From a virus: a stretch of DNA of 64,000 nt. The translations under genes were made by a program, and so were the position numbers. Below the pieces are notes generated by a model. That model worked only from the letters and a program-made list of their open reading frames with translations, had not been told where the DNA came from and made no database searches. Within the stretch, counting starts at the first letter, position 1. Every line of letters begins with the position of its first letter. Shown here piece after piece: positions 1 through 10,575 of this stretch. The stretch lies in IMG/VR virus record IMGVR_UViG_3300036715_003254, positions 32,001 through 96,000 of that record; one strand, written 5' to 3'.

Positions 1-722
1 GCATTATGTAGATTTGAACGAATAACTCCTTGATCAAAAAGTCCTGAATCTAGTCTTATAACTTCTTCTGGAAGAAATGTTATTTCATTTAAGTCTTGTT
101 GATTAAATATAAAGAACTTATTTTCTCTAATTTGAAAATACTTCCATTTATTGTCATTCTTATCAAAATAAAGGTAATAAGGTGATAGTATATTAAGAGA
201 TTTAATTCCTCTATTCAAATTTTTATGATATTCAACTTGAATATTTAGTTGACCATCTATAAACCAAGATTGAACCATAGTATAAGAATTTTCTTCAAAA
301 TTCAAAAGTCTCAAAACTGATTTTAAGGCTTCCGCAAATGCTTCTTTTATAGAATCTGAAACTTCAGCACTATCATCAAATTGTACTTGTATCGGATCGT
401 CTTTCGCTGCTGTGAAAAGAAACTCATTAATTATTTCATCTATTCCAGCTTGTACATCAGAATATGATGATACTTTTCTATAAGTAGTGATAAGATTAGC
501 TTGTTTTTCAAGAAGCTGTTCTAGTGCACTTTTATCTGAGAAAGCCGAAGTAGTAGAAGAAGGTAAACCATCAAACCAAAAAACTGTATTTGAATAGTTT
601 TCTTCTCCGTGTGTAAGATACCTGTCTACAGTTTGTTGTTGTATGATTGGCATCATTTCCGGTCGTTTTTGTTTGAAAAAACCTGTTTTAAGGCTTTCGT
701 TTAATGATTCAAAAAATCCCAT
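1..722 (-). CDS. gp20: Portal vertex protein (T4 gp20-like), 5' part; runs off the window start
   Basis: Not in the ORF track. Manual translation from the ATG at 722 gives MGFFESLNES...ITTYRKVSSYSDVQAGIDEIINE...LLNFEENSYTMVQSWFIDGQL...GIKSLNILSP, matching the T4 gp20 pattern (YR...VD.AI.EI.NE; LNF.......WYVDG). Confidence 0.88.
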   Translation of the reverse strand, partial: MGFFESLNESLKTGFFKQKRPEMMPIIQQQTVDRYLTHGEENYSNTVFWFDGLPSSTTSAFSDKSALEQLLEKQANLITTYRKVSSYSDVQAGIDEIINEFLFTAAKDDPIQVQFDDSAEVSDSIKEAFAEALKSVLRLLNFEENSYTMVQSWFIDGQLNIQVEYHKNLNRGIKSLNILSPYYLYFDKNDNKWKYFQIRENKFFIFNQQDLNEITFLPEEVIRLDSGLFDQGVIRSNLHN

Positions 723-852
723 AGATACTCCAAAATATTTTCCTAGAATATTTATCACCTTATTATTCAGGTCCGGAGTTTCACTAAAGAGTCAAAATAA
801 ATATATCACAAATTTAATATTGTATCAATAAGTTTTCAGATTTTTAAAGTGT

Positions 853-860
853 TATAAATA
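853..860 (+). promoter_or_regulatory. T4-type late promoter TATAAATA
   Basis: Exact TATAAATA 23 nt upstream of the ATG at 884; gp55 and gp33 homologs are encoded in the window. Confidence 0.75.
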
Positions 861-883
861 TCTCGAAAACTAAGGGGGATAAA

Positions 884-1177
884 ATGGCCGGAATAAAATT
901 TGGTAGTGTAACGCCAGATGCTAACACAGATACAGTTTTGTGTAAAGTGCCTGTAGGTAAAACTGCTACTATGACTATAAATGCTTGTAATACGACTTCT
1001 GATTCAGCTACTGTAAGTATAACAATAGGCGGAGACGCAATAGAATACAAAACAACTATAGCTGCTAATGATGTGCTAGAAAGAACTGATATGATAGTAG
1101 TTTCTGGAGAGAGTGTTGTAGTAAATACTTCTACTGCTGGAGTTACATTTAGAGCTTATGGTATTTGGGGCGTATAA
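884..1177 (+). CDS. Small beta-rich virion structural protein (copy 1; paralog at 46269-46562)
   Basis: 97 aa, RBS AAGGGGG, late promoter, near-identical paralog on the opposite strand. Confidence 0.7.
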   Translation: MAGIKFGSVTPDANTDTVLCKVPVGKTATMTINACNTTSDSATVSITIGGDAIEYKTTIAANDVLERTDMIVVSGESVVVNTSTAGVTFRAYGIWGV

Positions 1178-1179
1178 AA

Positions 1180-4100
1180 ATGGGAAGAATTACATCTACA
1201 GACCAATTAGCTACCAAAGATTATGTTTCTAGCGCCATTTCTGATACTAAGAAATGGGTAAGTGATAATTATAGTAATGACCACGTCCAAGTAAATCCTG
1301 ACTGGACAGCTACTAGTGGTGCTGCTCAAATACTAAACAAGCCTACTACTATTGCTGGATATGGTATTACTGATGCTTACACTAAAACTGATGTTGATAA
1401 TAAAGACTCTAGTACTCTTTCATCAGCTAAATCTTATACAGATACAGCAATAGCTAATCTAGTTAATTCAGCTCCATCTACACTAGATACTTTGAAAGAA
1501 ATAGCTGATCAACTATCACACGATGAATCAACTGTTTCAGCTTTAACTAATGTGGTAGGTACTAAAGCTCCTATTGATTCGCCTTCATTCACAGGAACTC
1601 CTGTAGCTCCAACAGCTGATGCTACTACTAATACAGACCAAATAGCTACTACAAAATTTGTTACAGGAGCTATTTCAGATACAAAAACTTGGATAAGTAA
1701 ACAGCCTTTCTATAACGCTTTACCACAAGTAAGTTCTGATTGGACAGCAACAAGCGGAGTAGCCCAAATACTCAATAAACCTACTACAGTAGCTGGTTAT
1801 GGTATCACAGACTCTTACACAAAATCTGATGTTGATACTGCGCTAAAAAGTAAAGCTCCAATTGACTCTCCTACATTTACAGGAACACCGATAGCACCAA
1901 CTCCAGATGCTAGTACTAATACAGATCAATTAGCTACTACAAAATTTGTATCTGGAGCTATATCAGATACTAAAACTTGGATTAGCAAACAACCTTTCTA
2001 TAATGCTTTACCGCAAGTAAGTTCGGATTGGAGTGCTACTAGTGGTGTAGCCCAAATTTTGAATAAACCTACCACTATTGCTGGATATGGTATTACTGAT
2101 GCTTATACAAAAACAGATGTAGATAATAAAGACTCTAGTACACTATCATCAGCTAAATCTTATACAGATACAGCAATAGCTAATCTAGTTGACTCAGCTC
2201 CTTCTACACTAGATACTCTGAAAGAAATAGCTGATCAAATGTCAAAAGACGAGTCTGGTGTTTCCGCTTTAACTAATGTAGTAGGTACTAAAGCTCCATT
2301 AGACTCTCCTGCGTTCACTGGAACTCCAACTGCTCCAACAGCAGATGCTAGTACAAATACAGATCAATTAGCTACTACAAAATTTGTCGCAGGTGCTATT
2401 TCTGATACTAAGAAATGGGTAAATGATAACTATGGTGATGATAAAACTCAAGTAAATTCCGACTGGTCGGCTACTAGTGGTGTAGCTCAAATTCTTAATA
2501 AGCCAACTACTATTGCTGGTTATGGTATTACAGACGCTTATACTAAATCTGATGTAGATACAGCTCTAAGTGCTAAAGCACCTATAGACTCTCCTACATT
2601 CACAGGAACACCAATAGCACCAACAGCAGACGCTAGTACTAATACAGACCAAGTAGCTACTACAAAATTTGTTTCTGGAGCTATTTCAGATACAAAAACT
2701 TGGATTAGTAAACAGCCTTTTGCTGGCGCTCTACCTCAAGTAAGTTCAGATTGGAGTGCTACTAGTGGTGTTGCTCAAATACTAAACAAGCCTACTACTA
2801 TTGCTGGATATGGTATTACTGATGCTTACACTAAAACTGATGTTGATAATAAAGATTCTAGTACTTTATCTTCAGCTAAATCTTATACAGATACAGCTAT
2901 AGCTAATCTAGTAAATTCTGCTCCATCAACGTTAGACACACTAAAAGAAATAGCTGATCAACTTACAAATGATGAATCAGCAGTTTCCGCTCTTACAAAT
3001 GTGGTAGGAACTAAAGCACCATTAGACTCACCTACATTTACAGGCACACCTAAAGCGCCTACACCAACATCTGGAGATAATACTACTCAAATAGCTACTA
3101 CAGAATTCGTTTCTGGCGCAATATCTGATACTAAAAAGTGGGTAAATGATAATTATGGTAATGGAAAATCTCAAGTAAATGCCGACTGGAGCGCTACTAG
3201 TGGTGTAGCTCAAATACTAAATAAACCTACTACAGTAGCAGGATATGGTATTACAGATGTTTATTCAAAGACTGATGTAGATACAGCTCTAAGTGCTAAA
3301 GCTCCAATCAGCTCTCCTACATTTACAGGAACACCAATAGCACCAACAGCCGACTCTAGTACTAATACAGATCAAATAGCTACTACAAAATTTGTAGCTG
3401 GTGCTATATCTGATACTAAGAAATGGGTAAGTGATAATTACAATAATCAACCGCAAGTAAACTCTGATTGGTCTGCTACTAGTGGTGTAGCCCAAATACT
3501 AAATAAACCAACTACTGTAAGTGGTTATGGTATAACAGATGCTTATACTAAAACGGATGTTGATAATAAAGACACTAGTACACTATCTTCAGCTAAATCT
3601 TATACTGACACAGCTATAGCTAATCTAGTTAATTCAGCTCCTTCTACACTAGATACACTAAAAGAAATAGCCGACCAACTATCAAAAGACGAATCAACTG
3701 TTTCAGCTTTAACTAATGTAGTAGGTACTAAAGCTCCTATTGATTCGCCTTCATTTACAGGTACACCAGTAGCACCAACAGCTGATTCTGGAACAAATAC
3801 AACCCAAATAGCTACTACAGCGTTTGTAACAGGTGCTATTAATTCATATATACCGTCTAAATTGGCTACAGGTAGAGTTTTAAAAGTTACTGGAGATATA
3901 TCATTTACTACTCCAACATTTGATGGTTCAAGTGATATTAGTGCTACAGCTACGCTTCCTGATGTAGTTACAGCCGGATCTTATAATTACATCACAGTCA
4001 ATAGTAAAGGTCTAATAACCTCAGGAACTAAATTACCTGCTTACACACAAGAATTAACTGCGGATGATGGACAAACACAAATTACATTGAATGGACCTAA

Positions 4101-4233
4101 AGGTTCTTGTTTCGCAGTATTTAAAAATGGTGTAAGAATTCCTTCTACTGCTTGGTCTGTAGATGGAACTACTTTGACCTTTAATGATTCACTATCTAAA
4201 GGCGACACTATAATAATAGATAGTTCTAATTAG
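1180..4233 (+). CDS. Repeat-rich tail/fibre protein with a C-terminal gp10-like beta module
   Basis: Likely start is the ATG at 1180, just after the upstream stop. Contains typical fibre repeats (KPTTIAGYGITDAYTK; APSTLDTLKEIA; KAPIDSPTFTGTPTAPT...TQIATT.FV). Confidence 0.8.
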   Translation: MGRITSTDQLATKDYVSSAISDTKKWVSDNYSNDHVQVNPDWTATSGAAQILNKPTTIAGYGITDAYTKTDVDNKDSSTLSSAKSYTDTAIANLVNSAPSTLDTLKEIADQLSHDESTVSALTNVVGTKAPIDSPSFTGTPVAPTADATTNTDQIATTKFVTGAISDTKTWISKQPFYNALPQVSSDWTATSGVAQILNKPTTVAGYGITDSYTKSDVDTALKSKAPIDSPTFTGTPIAPTPDASTNTDQLATTKFVSGAISDTKTWISKQPFYNALPQVSSDWSATSGVAQILNKPTTIAGYGITDAYTKTDVDNKDSSTLSSAKSYTDTAIANLVDSAPSTLDTLKEIADQMSKDESGVSALTNVVGTKAPLDSPAFTGTPTAPTADASTNTDQLATTKFVAGAISDTKKWVNDNYGDDKTQVNSDWSATSGVAQILNKPTTIAGYGITDAYTKSDVDTALSAKAPIDSPTFTGTPIAPTADASTNTDQVATTKFVSGAISDTKTWISKQPFAGALPQVSSDWSATSGVAQILNKPTTIAGYGITDAYTKTDVDNKDSSTLSSAKSYTDTAIANLVNSAPSTLDTLKEIADQLTNDESAVSALTNVVGTKAPLDSPTFTGTPKAPTPTSGDNTTQIATTEFVSGAISDTKKWVNDNYGNGKSQVNADWSATSGVAQILNKPTTVAGYGITDVYSKTDVDTALSAKAPISSPTFTGTPIAPTADSSTNTDQIATTKFVAGAISDTKKWVSDNYNNQPQVNSDWSATSGVAQILNKPTTVSGYGITDAYTKTDVDNKDTSTLSSAKSYTDTAIANLVNSAPSTLDTLKEIADQLSKDESTVSALTNVVGTKAPIDSPSFTGTPVAPTADSGTNTTQIATTAFVTGAINSYIPSKLATGRVLKVTGDISFTTPTFDGSSDISATATLPDVVTAGSYNYITVNSKGLITSGTKLPAYTQELTADDGQTQITLNGPKGSCFAVFKNGVRIPSTAWSVDGTTLTFNDSLSKGDTIIIDSSN
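1190..3840 (+). repeat. Intragenic tandem repeats: 7 units alternating long and short, about 720-bp super-period
   Basis: The motif DW.ATSG.AQILNKPTT..GYGITD occurs 7 times; units 1, 3, 5 and 7 carry the extra SSTLSSAKSY...LDTLKEIADQ segment. Confidence 0.9.
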
Positions 4234-4274
4234 GTCTGATAGTTATTTTACTAAAAAGACTGAAAATAATATAA

Positions 4275-4298
4275 GAGTAGCAGGATCTTCTGCTACTC
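4275..4298 (+). terminator. Hairpin downstream of the fibre gene
   Basis: GAGTAGCAG-gatctt-CTGCTACTC inverted repeat; no clear U tract. Confidence 0.45.
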
Positions 4299-4691
4299 CA
4301 GATATGAAAGAGTATCAAAAATTTAATAATGATAATCTTTATTAAAAATGCTTTGAACTTTGATTAATACCACAGAAACTTAAACCTATAAAATGTTATC
4401 TATATCTTAGTAAACCTCTCCTAAACCATCATTATATGATTCAAACTTTTTAGTTGTATATAAAACATCATTTAATAAAAATATTTTTTAGTGTAGTATT
4501 ATATTAAAGTAGAAAAATAAATTTTTTAGCGATTATTATATAAAAGTAAAAAATAAAATTTTTTTAGATAAGAAAATGCTATATGCTATATTCTAAGGAC
4601 GGCTATAGAAACACAAACTCTTTTTAAACTAATAAATTATATTAAAGTAGAGATAATACTTGAAAGGAATAGTAGGAGTAAAGAAGAAAGA

Positions 4692-4718
4692 AGAGATATA
4701 CTGAAGTTGTATATCTCT
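4692..4718 (-). terminator. Probable intrinsic terminator after the AAA+ gene
   Basis: AGAGATATAC...GTATATCTCT stem followed by a U-rich tract on the minus strand. Confidence 0.55.
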
Positions 4719-4729
4719 CTAAATAGTTA

Positions 4730-5959
4730 TCAAATCATTTCTTTATGTTTTCTTTTCTTAACTTTTTCTAAAATAGAAATACCTTCTTCTTTTAAATAAG
4801 AATGTTTTGTTTCTTTCTTCTTAGCCTTTTTCTCTTGAAGAAGTTTTATTATAGAACCAAGATCAGAAGGTAAAACTGTCTCGCTCTTAAAATACTTATC
4901 AAAATCTTCATCTAAATCGTAGGTATTCCAAACATTCTTAGCTTCGGAATTAGTTAGTGGTCTCAATTTTATAATATCAAACATTCTTCCTTTTCTTAGA
5001 AGAGCAACATCTAGATCTTCCGTAGAAAGATTTGATGTTATCAAAAACTTTGTCTTTTTAGTTTTTGTAAATAGACCATCAGTAGTGGTAAGAAAATTAG
5101 AAATGAATTTATTTTTTTGATCGTCTATATTTGAATTCACTTCGGCTGTTCTATGAGTCAAGTAATAATCTATATCATCTAAAATAACAAGATCTGGAAT
5201 TTCTTCACTTATTTCATTCCAAAACTCATCGTTTGAAAGAAGATTTTCATTTTTCAAATAGAAAGCTAAAATTTCTCCAGAAGTTTCTGAATTATCATCT
5301 TTCTTTACTAAATCTATATTTTCAAGAAGAAACCTTTGGTAAACATTCAACATTTTAGATTTTCCTAACCCTGGATCGCCTATTACTATCAAAATGTTCT
5401 CGTTTGAAAGAAGAAATTGTTTAAACATTTCATCTACATCAATATACGGATAATATTCCTTTTTAAATTCTTTCATTTCTTCTAGTCTATAGTATATGTT
5501 GCTACTTCTTCCTAAAAGACCATCAGATCTTTGATAGAATCTTCTTATCTGAATTTTTGTTTGTGATACTTCAACATCAAACTCAGCAAATACTTTATTT
5601 ACAAATTCTGTTTCTTTAATGTTTTTTACATAAATATCATATTCGTTAAACTCTTCATCAGTTTCTTTTCTGTCGTAAAGTAGATGAAAGAATAATATAA
5701 GTTCTCCATCTTCATTATAACCTTTATATTGAAACAAAGTATAATTTACACTAATCGGTCTTTCAATGACTTCAATACGCATTTTCTCTTTAAGAATTTC
5801 TACCGCTTCAAAAGCATTTTTTTGTCTAAGAATATAAGTGAAAGCAGTAAAAGAACTATCAATCTGAGAAAGTAAATTTTCTCTAGAAATAAATTCCGGA
5901 AGAGAAAAAGCAAGATCCGATGTAGTAGAATGTAATACTTGTTTATTTGTAAGTTCCAT
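4730..5959 (-). CDS. AAA+ family ATPase
   Basis: Walker A GDPGLGKS, Walker B LVILDDID, sensor ITSN, and LDVALLRKGRMFD (arginine finger region). Confidence 0.85.
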   Translation of the reverse strand: MELTNKQVLHSTTSDLAFSLPEFISRENLLSQIDSSFTAFTYILRQKNAFEAVEILKEKMRIEVIERPISVNYTLFQYKGYNEDGELILFFHLLYDRKETDEEFNEYDIYVKNIKETEFVNKVFAEFDVEVSQTKIQIRRFYQRSDGLLGRSSNIYYRLEEMKEFKKEYYPYIDVDEMFKQFLLSNENILIVIGDPGLGKSKMLNVYQRFLLENIDLVKKDDNSETSGEILAFYLKNENLLSNDEFWNEISEEIPDLVILDDIDYYLTHRTAEVNSNIDDQKNKFISNFLTTTDGLFTKTKKTKFLITSNLSTEDLDVALLRKGRMFDIIKLRPLTNSEAKNVWNTYDLDEDFDKYFKSETVLPSDLGSIIKLLQEKKAKKKETKHSYLKEEGISILEKVKKRKHKEMI

Positions 5960-5961
5960 TT

Positions 5962-6927
5962 TTAACCTTTATATTCAATTTGTTGTGAAAGACATAGTTC
6001 AGCGCAATACGCAGCTAGAGTAATATACTTGTCTCTTGACCTTTGACTCATATCTAGATATTTCGCTGTAGTCATTATAACAACAGGAATACTTTTCTCT
6101 GAAACAATTTTGTCTATTTTGCTATAAACCATAGTATAGAGATGCTCTGGATCAGATAATTCATTTAACAGAGGTCTCGCTTTTGAAAAATCTTTTTTCT
6201 TTAATGCTACAATAATCTCGTCAACAACTAAATTTTCATTCAAAATTCTCTCGGAAATTTCTAGTTTTCCGCTAGTAGAATTTTGTTGTAAAATCATTAT
6301 CATCTTTCTTACTGAAGGATAATAGGTTAGAATAACTTTTTGAAGTTGTTCTTTTTCGTATTCAATACCTTCATTTTCAAGAATGAATGTTAGTCTTTTA
6401 AATATTTGAGCACCTAGTTCTTTCTTATTTTTATGGAACATTTCATCAAAATCGAAAGTTACAAGTCTGTTTCTTAAAGGCTCTATTAACTTATCAGGAT
6501 AGTTTGCTGTAAATATAAATCTTGTGTTTTTGGAGAACTCTTCAATTATACCTCTAAGAGCTTGTTGTGCTCCTCCAGCACTAGAAGAAAGACCATCAGA
6601 TTCGTCCATAATAACAATTTTTGGAGCATCAGTAAAAGACGCATTAGTAGCAAAATTTGTTATTTTATTTCTTGCTGTATCTATATTACCGTCTCTAGAA
6701 CAATTTATCCAAAGACTATCAGCTTCAAGATCCTTAAGAATAGCTGTAGCTATTGAAGACTTTCCTAATCCTGGAGTTGACGAACAAAGAAGAAGATTTG
6801 GAATTTGGCTTTGTTCTTTAAACTCTTGAAATTTAGCCATAACATCAGAAGGGAGTATCATATCAACTAGACTTTGTGGTCGATATTTTTCAGCCCAAAT
6901 AAAATGTCTGTTGTCAATTTTTTTCAT
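5962..6927 (-). CDS. gp44: Clamp loader large subunit (T4 gp44 / RFC-like)
   Basis: WAEKYRP N-terminus, PGLGKS, MDESDGL, QQALRGIIEEFSKNTRFIFTANY. Confidence 0.93.
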   Translation of the reverse strand: MKKIDNRHFIWAEKYRPQSLVDMILPSDVMAKFQEFKEQSQIPNLLLCSSTPGLGKSSIATAILKDLEADSLWINCSRDGNIDTARNKITNFATNASFTDAPKIVIMDESDGLSSSAGGAQQALRGIIEEFSKNTRFIFTANYPDKLIEPLRNRLVTFDFDEMFHKNKKELGAQIFKRLTFILENEGIEYEKEQLQKVILTYYPSVRKMIMILQQNSTSGKLEISERILNENLVVDEIIVALKKKDFSKARPLLNELSDPEHLYTMVYSKIDKIVSEKSIPVVIMTTAKYLDMSQRSRDKYITLAAYCAELCLSQQIEYKG

Positions 6928-6952
6928 CGATATCCTTTTTCTTTAGAGTATT

Positions 6953-6974
6953 ATTATATCTGAATTAAGTTTAA
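6953..6974 (-). promoter_or_regulatory. Host-RNAP-type promoter TTAAACTT-N8-TATAAT upstream of gp44
   Basis: The same motif and spacing occur upstream of three other minus-strand genes. Confidence 0.6.
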
Positions 6975-7457
6975 CAATTTCTCTCTATCAATATAGAGGC
7001 TCAAAAATCGTAATCTTTCTTTTTCAAATTTCAAAATTCTACTTGAGTCATCAATTTCTTCAAAGGAAAATAATGGCATTAATAATGAAATCTTATTAGA
7101 AAGATATTCTTTCATTATGTCTTTAACATCGAATTCCTTACCATATTTCTCTTCCATATAGTTTTGGTCTTTTGAAAAGTAAAAATTTGGTTTTGAGAAG
7201 TAATCTTTAAATCTTTTATATTTGCTTAGGTCTTTTTCAAATTCTTTAAACAAGTTTTTCTTATTGTAGAATGCGCAACAAATCGCCGCTAGCTTAAAGT
7301 TTTTTTCAGTCCAGCTCTCATAAAAATTCACATTTACTACATTTCTAAAAAGAATTTTCTTCTTATCAGATACAGATACAAATCTAACAAGTCTACCTTC
7401 TTTTCTAGTAAGTTCTACTGACCAATAGATTTGATACTGTTTTGATTCAGGTAACAT
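6954..7457 (-). CDS. Hypothetical protein, possibly gp59-like helicase loader
   Basis: Lies directly downstream of gp33 as in T4; only weak sequence resemblance (FLSNKISL-like region). Confidence 0.4.
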   Translation of the reverse strand: MLPESKQYQIYWSVELTRKEGRLVRFVSVSDKKKILFRNVVNVNFYESWTEKNFKLAAICCAFYNKKNLFKEFEKDLSKYKRFKDYFSKPNFYFSKDQNYMEEKYGKEFDVKDIMKEYLSNKISLLMPLFSFEEIDDSSRILKFEKERLRFLSLYIDREKLLNLIQI

Positions 7458-7458
7458 A

Positions 7459-7743
7459 TTAGAAGTCCTCTAGACTTTCTTCTTCTTTTATTGAATACTT
7501 TTTCACATTATGAAGTTTTTCTTCAATCATTTCTTTTTCTAGAATAGCCGTAATACCTCTATCTTTTGAAAGCATTACACCTATTTCTTCCTCGTCAAGT
7601 TCATTTTCGTCACAGTAAAGAAGAATAAGTTCTAAAAGTTTTGTATCTTTTAAACTTAGTCCTTTAGTGTTAGCGAAATTTTTTACTTCTTCTATAAATT
7701 CTTTTGTATCATTTTTCATCTTTTCCGTTGTCTCCATTTTCAC
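7459..7743 (-). CDS. gp33: Late transcription co-activator (T4 gp33-like)
   Basis: Small acidic protein with LELILLYCDENELDEEEIG...ILEKEMIEEKL, the gp33 pattern. Confidence 0.65.
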   Translation of the reverse strand: MKMETTEKMKNDTKEFIEEVKNFANTKGLSLKDTKLLELILLYCDENELDEEEIGVMLSKDRGITAILEKEMIEEKLHNVKKYSIKEEESLEDF

Positions 7744-9475
7744 TTATAATGATTTTACTGAAATGTTTACTTTTATCAATAGATATTATCCTATCAAATT
7801 CTGAGTTATCACTAACAATATCTGTATTGTGAGAAATTATAATAACATCTTTCTCGTTAGTGTATTCTCTTTTCAAAATCTCAAGAAGTTCCATTCTACC
7901 ATTATAATCAGCAGAAGAGTCAAGAACTTCATCTAGAACTAGAAGATTGGTTTTAAAGCCATTTCTTAGCTCAATCATTTTGTGGAATGCGAAAAGAATA
8001 CTAAAGTTTATTCTCATTTTTTCGCCATTACTCATTGAATTATATTCTTTTTCCTCGCCTCTAAGAATTATTCTTTCAGTGAAGTCCTTGTCAATGAATA
8101 TGTTATAAGAAATTCCGGAAAATTTCTCAAGATACTCATTAATCAACTTGTTGAAAAGTGGAAGTTGCATAGAAATTACAACTCCTTTTAGCCTATCAGA
8201 ATCAAGAAGGCTTTCAAGTCTTTGATATTTTTCTAATTTAGTTCTATCTTTAGATAATTTAGTTAAGATGGTTTTGATTTGCTCTTTCTTTTCAGAGATA
8301 GAATTCTTTAAAGACTCTTCTGATTTTGAAACCTTCGGAGAGCTATCAAGCATTGTGTTAATTTTAATTTCTATTTTCGTTTTTTCACTTAAATGGATGT
8401 CAAGCTTCGCTTTCAAGGCTTTAGCATCGTCTAATCTTTCTTTTAAAGAGTTAAGCTTCTTGTTTAATTCAACAAGCTTTGATTTTTGAATTTTTATTTC
8501 TTCGTCATTAATTTGAAGATTTTCTCTATGATGATTTAACTCCTCTTCAGAATAGGCTACTCCTAACAACTCAAGCTTTTTACAACCTATACAATGTGAG
8601 TATGTTTTTTCTGTTATTTCGAGTTTTTGAATTTCTTTTTCTATTTCTTTTCTTTTTATAGAGAGAGCGCTTAAATTATTTTCGATAGTTTCCTTTATTT
8701 TAAGTGCTTTCTCGTAACCATCTTTCAATGGTTTAAATTTTGAAAGCTCTAACTTCATCTCTTCAATGATTTTGTTTTTATTATCAAGCTCTTCTTTGAG
8801 TAGTGCTTTCTCGCCCTCTTTCTTAAGCTCGTTTTCTTCTATAAGTTGGTTAAGAATAATTTGTTCTGACTCTAGAGTTTTCTCAAGAGTTTCTTGTTGA
8901 TAGGTATATTCTCTGATTAGAGTTTTTTGATTACCTAGTTTTTCTTTTAATCTTATTTTTAGGTCTTTAAATATTTCGGTGTCAGCAATAATTTGAAAGA
9001 CATCTTCTTTTTCTTGTTTATTAAGATCTAGAAACGCTTTAGAAGAAGAAATATTAGCACCTAGAACAATAAGTTGTCTAAAAATATTTTCAGAAACTCC
9101 GCCCATAAGAGTCTGAGTAAGAAATTCTTGCTGATTTTTATTATGAGATAGTTGGTCTAATAATTCGCCATTCTCGTAAATCTCAAAAACTTGAGGTTTC
9201 AGACCTCTTCTTATCTGATACTCTTTCCCATTATAATCAAAAAACAACTCAACAAGCAATTCCTTCTCGTTGATATTGTTTATCAAAGATTGTAACTTAA
9301 TCTTTCTATAAGGTTTGCCAAAAACAGCGAAATAAAGAGCCTCTATACCTATCGAAGACTTCCCTGAGCCGTTATGTGAAACTACCAAATCAAGTCCGTT
9401 TTTGTACTTGAATTCGGTAAAAGAATTTCCGAAACTTAAAAAGTTCTTAACTCTAATCTTTTTGAATTTAATCAT
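7709..9475 (-). CDS. gp46: Recombination ATPase (gp46 / Rad50-like)
   Basis: KNFLSFGN, NGSGKSS, long coiled coil with C..C hook, SMSNGEKMRI signature, LVLDEVLD, IISH. Confidence 0.95.
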   Translation of the reverse strand: MIKFKKIRVKNFLSFGNSFTEFKYKNGLDLVVSHNGSGKSSIGIEALYFAVFGKPYRKIKLQSLINNINEKELLVELFFDYNGKEYQIRRGLKPQVFEIYENGELLDQLSHNKNQQEFLTQTLMGGVSENIFRQLIVLGANISSSKAFLDLNKQEKEDVFQIIADTEIFKDLKIRLKEKLGNQKTLIREYTYQQETLEKTLESEQIILNQLIEENELKKEGEKALLKEELDNKNKIIEEMKLELSKFKPLKDGYEKALKIKETIENNLSALSIKRKEIEKEIQKLEITEKTYSHCIGCKKLELLGVAYSEEELNHHRENLQINDEEIKIQKSKLVELNKKLNSLKERLDDAKALKAKLDIHLSEKTKIEIKINTMLDSSPKVSKSEESLKNSISEKKEQIKTILTKLSKDRTKLEKYQRLESLLDSDRLKGVVISMQLPLFNKLINEYLEKFSGISYNIFIDKDFTERIILRGEEKEYNSMSNGEKMRINFSILFAFHKMIELRNGFKTNLLVLDEVLDSSADYNGRMELLEILKREYTNEKDVIIISHNTDIVSDNSEFDRIISIDKSKHFSKIIISENGDNGKDEK

Positions 9476-10575
9476 TTACTTTCCAGTATCGCTAGGAATT
9501 CTTCTTTCAAATCTGTATTTTCAGTTTCAAAATATGATATCAAAAGCTCTATTGTTGACTTGTTTTGTATCATTTTACTTGTAGTTTCAGACATCTTTAT
9601 TGATAATTCAGAAACTTCAACATTATTAACAAAGTCGAATTTAACATCATTAGATTTTAATAAAAAGAGCGCTTCGTCATATAGATGGTCTTTTGAATCG
9701 TTTATAATAAATTTTATCGTATTTTGTTTTAACAATTCAATTTTTTCTTTTATTTCAGACAAATCCATCTCAAATACTTTTCCTGGAATTAAACCTTCTA
9801 TTTTATACGGCTTTTCATCAGATTCGTGATAGAGAATTTTGATAAATCTTTTCGAAAAGGTATTTGGGAAAAATTCTAGTTCTTCTGTTTCAAAGTTTAA
9901 AACATAGAAGCCTCTTTCTGTGTCAAAATCACCCCAATTTATTTGGTATGGTGTGCCTACATAATAGATATACCCATCAGAGTTCTTTAAATGGTAGTGT
10001 CCTGAAAATACTATTTTAGCGTTCGGATAAATCTTTTTTAAAAAGTTTTTATCTATTTTACTATGCTCGTCTACGACATTCTTCAAAATTTCGAAATTCT
10101 TAATTTCAAAGTGTCCTATAACATAGTCAGAATTCATTTCTTGAAGCGTTTCATCAGGTAATATCCAAGGAATAAATGCTACAGTCTTTCCAAAGAAGTT
10201 TATTTCGGTCGGCTCGGATATAACTTTAAAATTTTCTGTTTCAAAAAGAGATGTAGAATTAACGCTTCTTTTGTTCTTAAAATATATGTCGTGGTTACCT
10301 AGAACTTCCCATCCGATTATATTATATTTTGGTAAGAGAGCTATAATCTCGTTTTTCGCTCTATATAGAAAATTGATGTCTATTGTTCTTCTATTATCGA
10401 AGAAATCTCCACAAAAGAAAATATTTTCTATTTTCTCATTATGAGCGAATTTCAAAAGGTTTTCAAAAAAAGCCTTTTGTTCTTCAAAGACTCTCTCGTC
10501 GAAATTCTTCATTCCAAAGTGAAGGTCGCCGACAATTATAGCCTTTTTATTACTCATCATTTGCCCATTCATCAA
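9472..10575 (-). CDS. gp47: Recombination nuclease (gp47 / Mre11-like)
   Basis: GDLHFG, GDFFDNR, GNHDIY, GHFE and SGHYH metallophosphoesterase motifs. Confidence 0.95.
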   Translation of the reverse strand: MMNGQMMSNKKAIIVGDLHFGMKNFDERVFEEQKAFFENLLKFAHNEKIENIFFCGDFFDNRRTIDINFLYRAKNEIIALLPKYNIIGWEVLGNHDIYFKNKRSVNSTSLFETENFKVISEPTEINFFGKTVAFIPWILPDETLQEMNSDYVIGHFEIKNFEILKNVVDEHSKIDKNFLKKIYPNAKIVFSGHYHLKNSDGYIYYVGTPYQINWGDFDTERGFYVLNFETEELEFFPNTFSKRFIKILYHESDEKPYKIEGLIPGKVFEMDLSEIKEKIELLKQNTIKFIINDSKDHLYDEALFLLKSNDVKFDFVNNVEVSELSIKMSETTSKMIQNKSTIELLISYFETENTDLKEEFLAILESK

